NCBI RefSeq assembly: GCF_052425735.1
Contig: NC_135761.1
Coordinates: 63,364,001 to 63,428,000 of the forward strand
Origin: Oculina patagonica
Lineage: Eukaryota
Reading direction: 5' to 3'
Length of the DNA stretch: 64,000 nucleotides
Made by a program: the position numbers and the translations under genes. Shown here in pieces: positions 63,302 through 64,000 of the stretch (the stretch's first letter is position 1; every line of letters begins with the position of its first letter). The notes under the pieces were generated by a model. That model ran no database searches. It was not told the DNA's origin and saw only the letters and a program-made list of their open reading frames with translations.

Positions 63302-64000
63302 ATGGCTGTGTATCAAGTGAAGGTTTATTATGGAAATGATTTTCAAAAGTGTGGAACATTTTTCACCTCTTCGATTGAAGATCTCGATTTTTACGGATTT
63401 GTTAATAGAGTGAAAGATATCACCAAAACATTTCAGGATATAAGCTGCGATCAAATTCGTCTTCGTTATCTTGACGATGAGAACTGTTATGTAAACTTTG
63501 AGGAAGGCCTCATGGGCGAACTGTTCAGGTGTGCGCGAGATGTTCCGGGAACAAACTGGAAAAGGATAAATGTTCAAGCCGAGGTTTGGTATTCCCCCGC
63601 ACCACCGAAGAAGCGAAAGAAAGAACTTGAAACTAGCTCGCAGGCTACTTGTTCTGAAAGTGAACGCCACCTTGATGTCACCCACACCGGTGAACGAAGT
63701 ATAAAACGCTATACATCACCCGTTGAAAATCTTATTCGTTCAAAAGAACAGCAAATTCAAAAGCAGGAAGCAGAAATATCCTCCAAAATGAACGAAATAG
63801 CTGCACTCGAGCAGGCCTATTCTCAAATTCCTTTCGACTCGACGAGACCAGCGTGCACGAAGTGTCATTTACGGGCAGGCCATACGCGCGCAAATTGTGT
63901 GAATGAACGCTGTACTTCGGCGCGCCTTTGTGGAGATATAAAACGGCATCCAGAGGAGAAACGACAAATTAAAGATTTGAAAACGGATCTTCAGCTTCTA
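63302..64000 (+). CDS. PB1-like domain + NLS + coiled-coil + Cys/His zinc-binding protein (3'-incomplete)
   Basis: 233 open codons to the window end; absent from the ORF track because there is no stop. MAVYQVKVYY...IRLRYLDDENCYVNF (OPCA-like), PPKKRKK, a coiled coil, then CTKCHLRAGHTRANCVNERCTSARLCGDIKRH. Confidence 0.75.
   Translation, partial: MAVYQVKVYYGNDFQKCGTFFTSSIEDLDFYGFVNRVKDITKTFQDISCDQIRLRYLDDENCYVNFEEGLMGELFRCARDVPGTNWKRINVQAEVWYSPAPPKKRKKELETSSQATCSESERHLDVTHTGERSIKRYTSPVENLIRSKEQQIQKQEAEISSKMNEIAALEQAYSQIPFDSTRPACTKCHLRAGHTRANCVNERCTSARLCGDIKRHPEEKRQIKDLKTDLQLL

Overview
AT-rich eukaryotic genomic DNA with three assembly gaps (19132-19268, 27422-27921, 49939-50438). The repeat types and one protein domain suggest a cnidarian, probably a scleractinian coral (inference). 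The dominant feature is a ~23 kb DNA transposon (~27422-50438). It has at least 712-bp, ~99% identical terminal inverted repeats that run into the gaps, and a 9-bp direct repeat (CTTAGTATT) sits just outside both gaps. It carries three genes that I assembled by hand from GT-AG exons. (1) A 13-exon, ~900-aa DDD-type transposase (DGMDQ / LQLDNC..DCKN / GHTHEDIDQ; Sola1-like, DUF7869-type), whose N-terminus is a hydrophobic anchor followed by a mini-exon encoding the ubiquitin C-terminal motif VLRLRGG. (2) A divergently transcribed ~19-exon, ~743-aa Ulp1/SENP-type (C48, clan CE) protease with an intact His-Asp-Cys triad and a Tudor-like domain. (3) A C2H2 zinc-finger protein with two SIM-like acidic repeats. 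Together these suggest a protease-processed transposase precursor and a SUMO/ubiquitin-manipulating module. Outside the element are three disordered single-exon orphan ORFs (two preceded by an RFX X-box), an exon split by a 2.9-kb insertion with a 5-bp TSD, several MITEs, a tRNA-like SINE head, a Harbinger remnant and a PB1/zinc-knuckle ORF that runs off the window end. No database searches were run; family names come from motif recognition.
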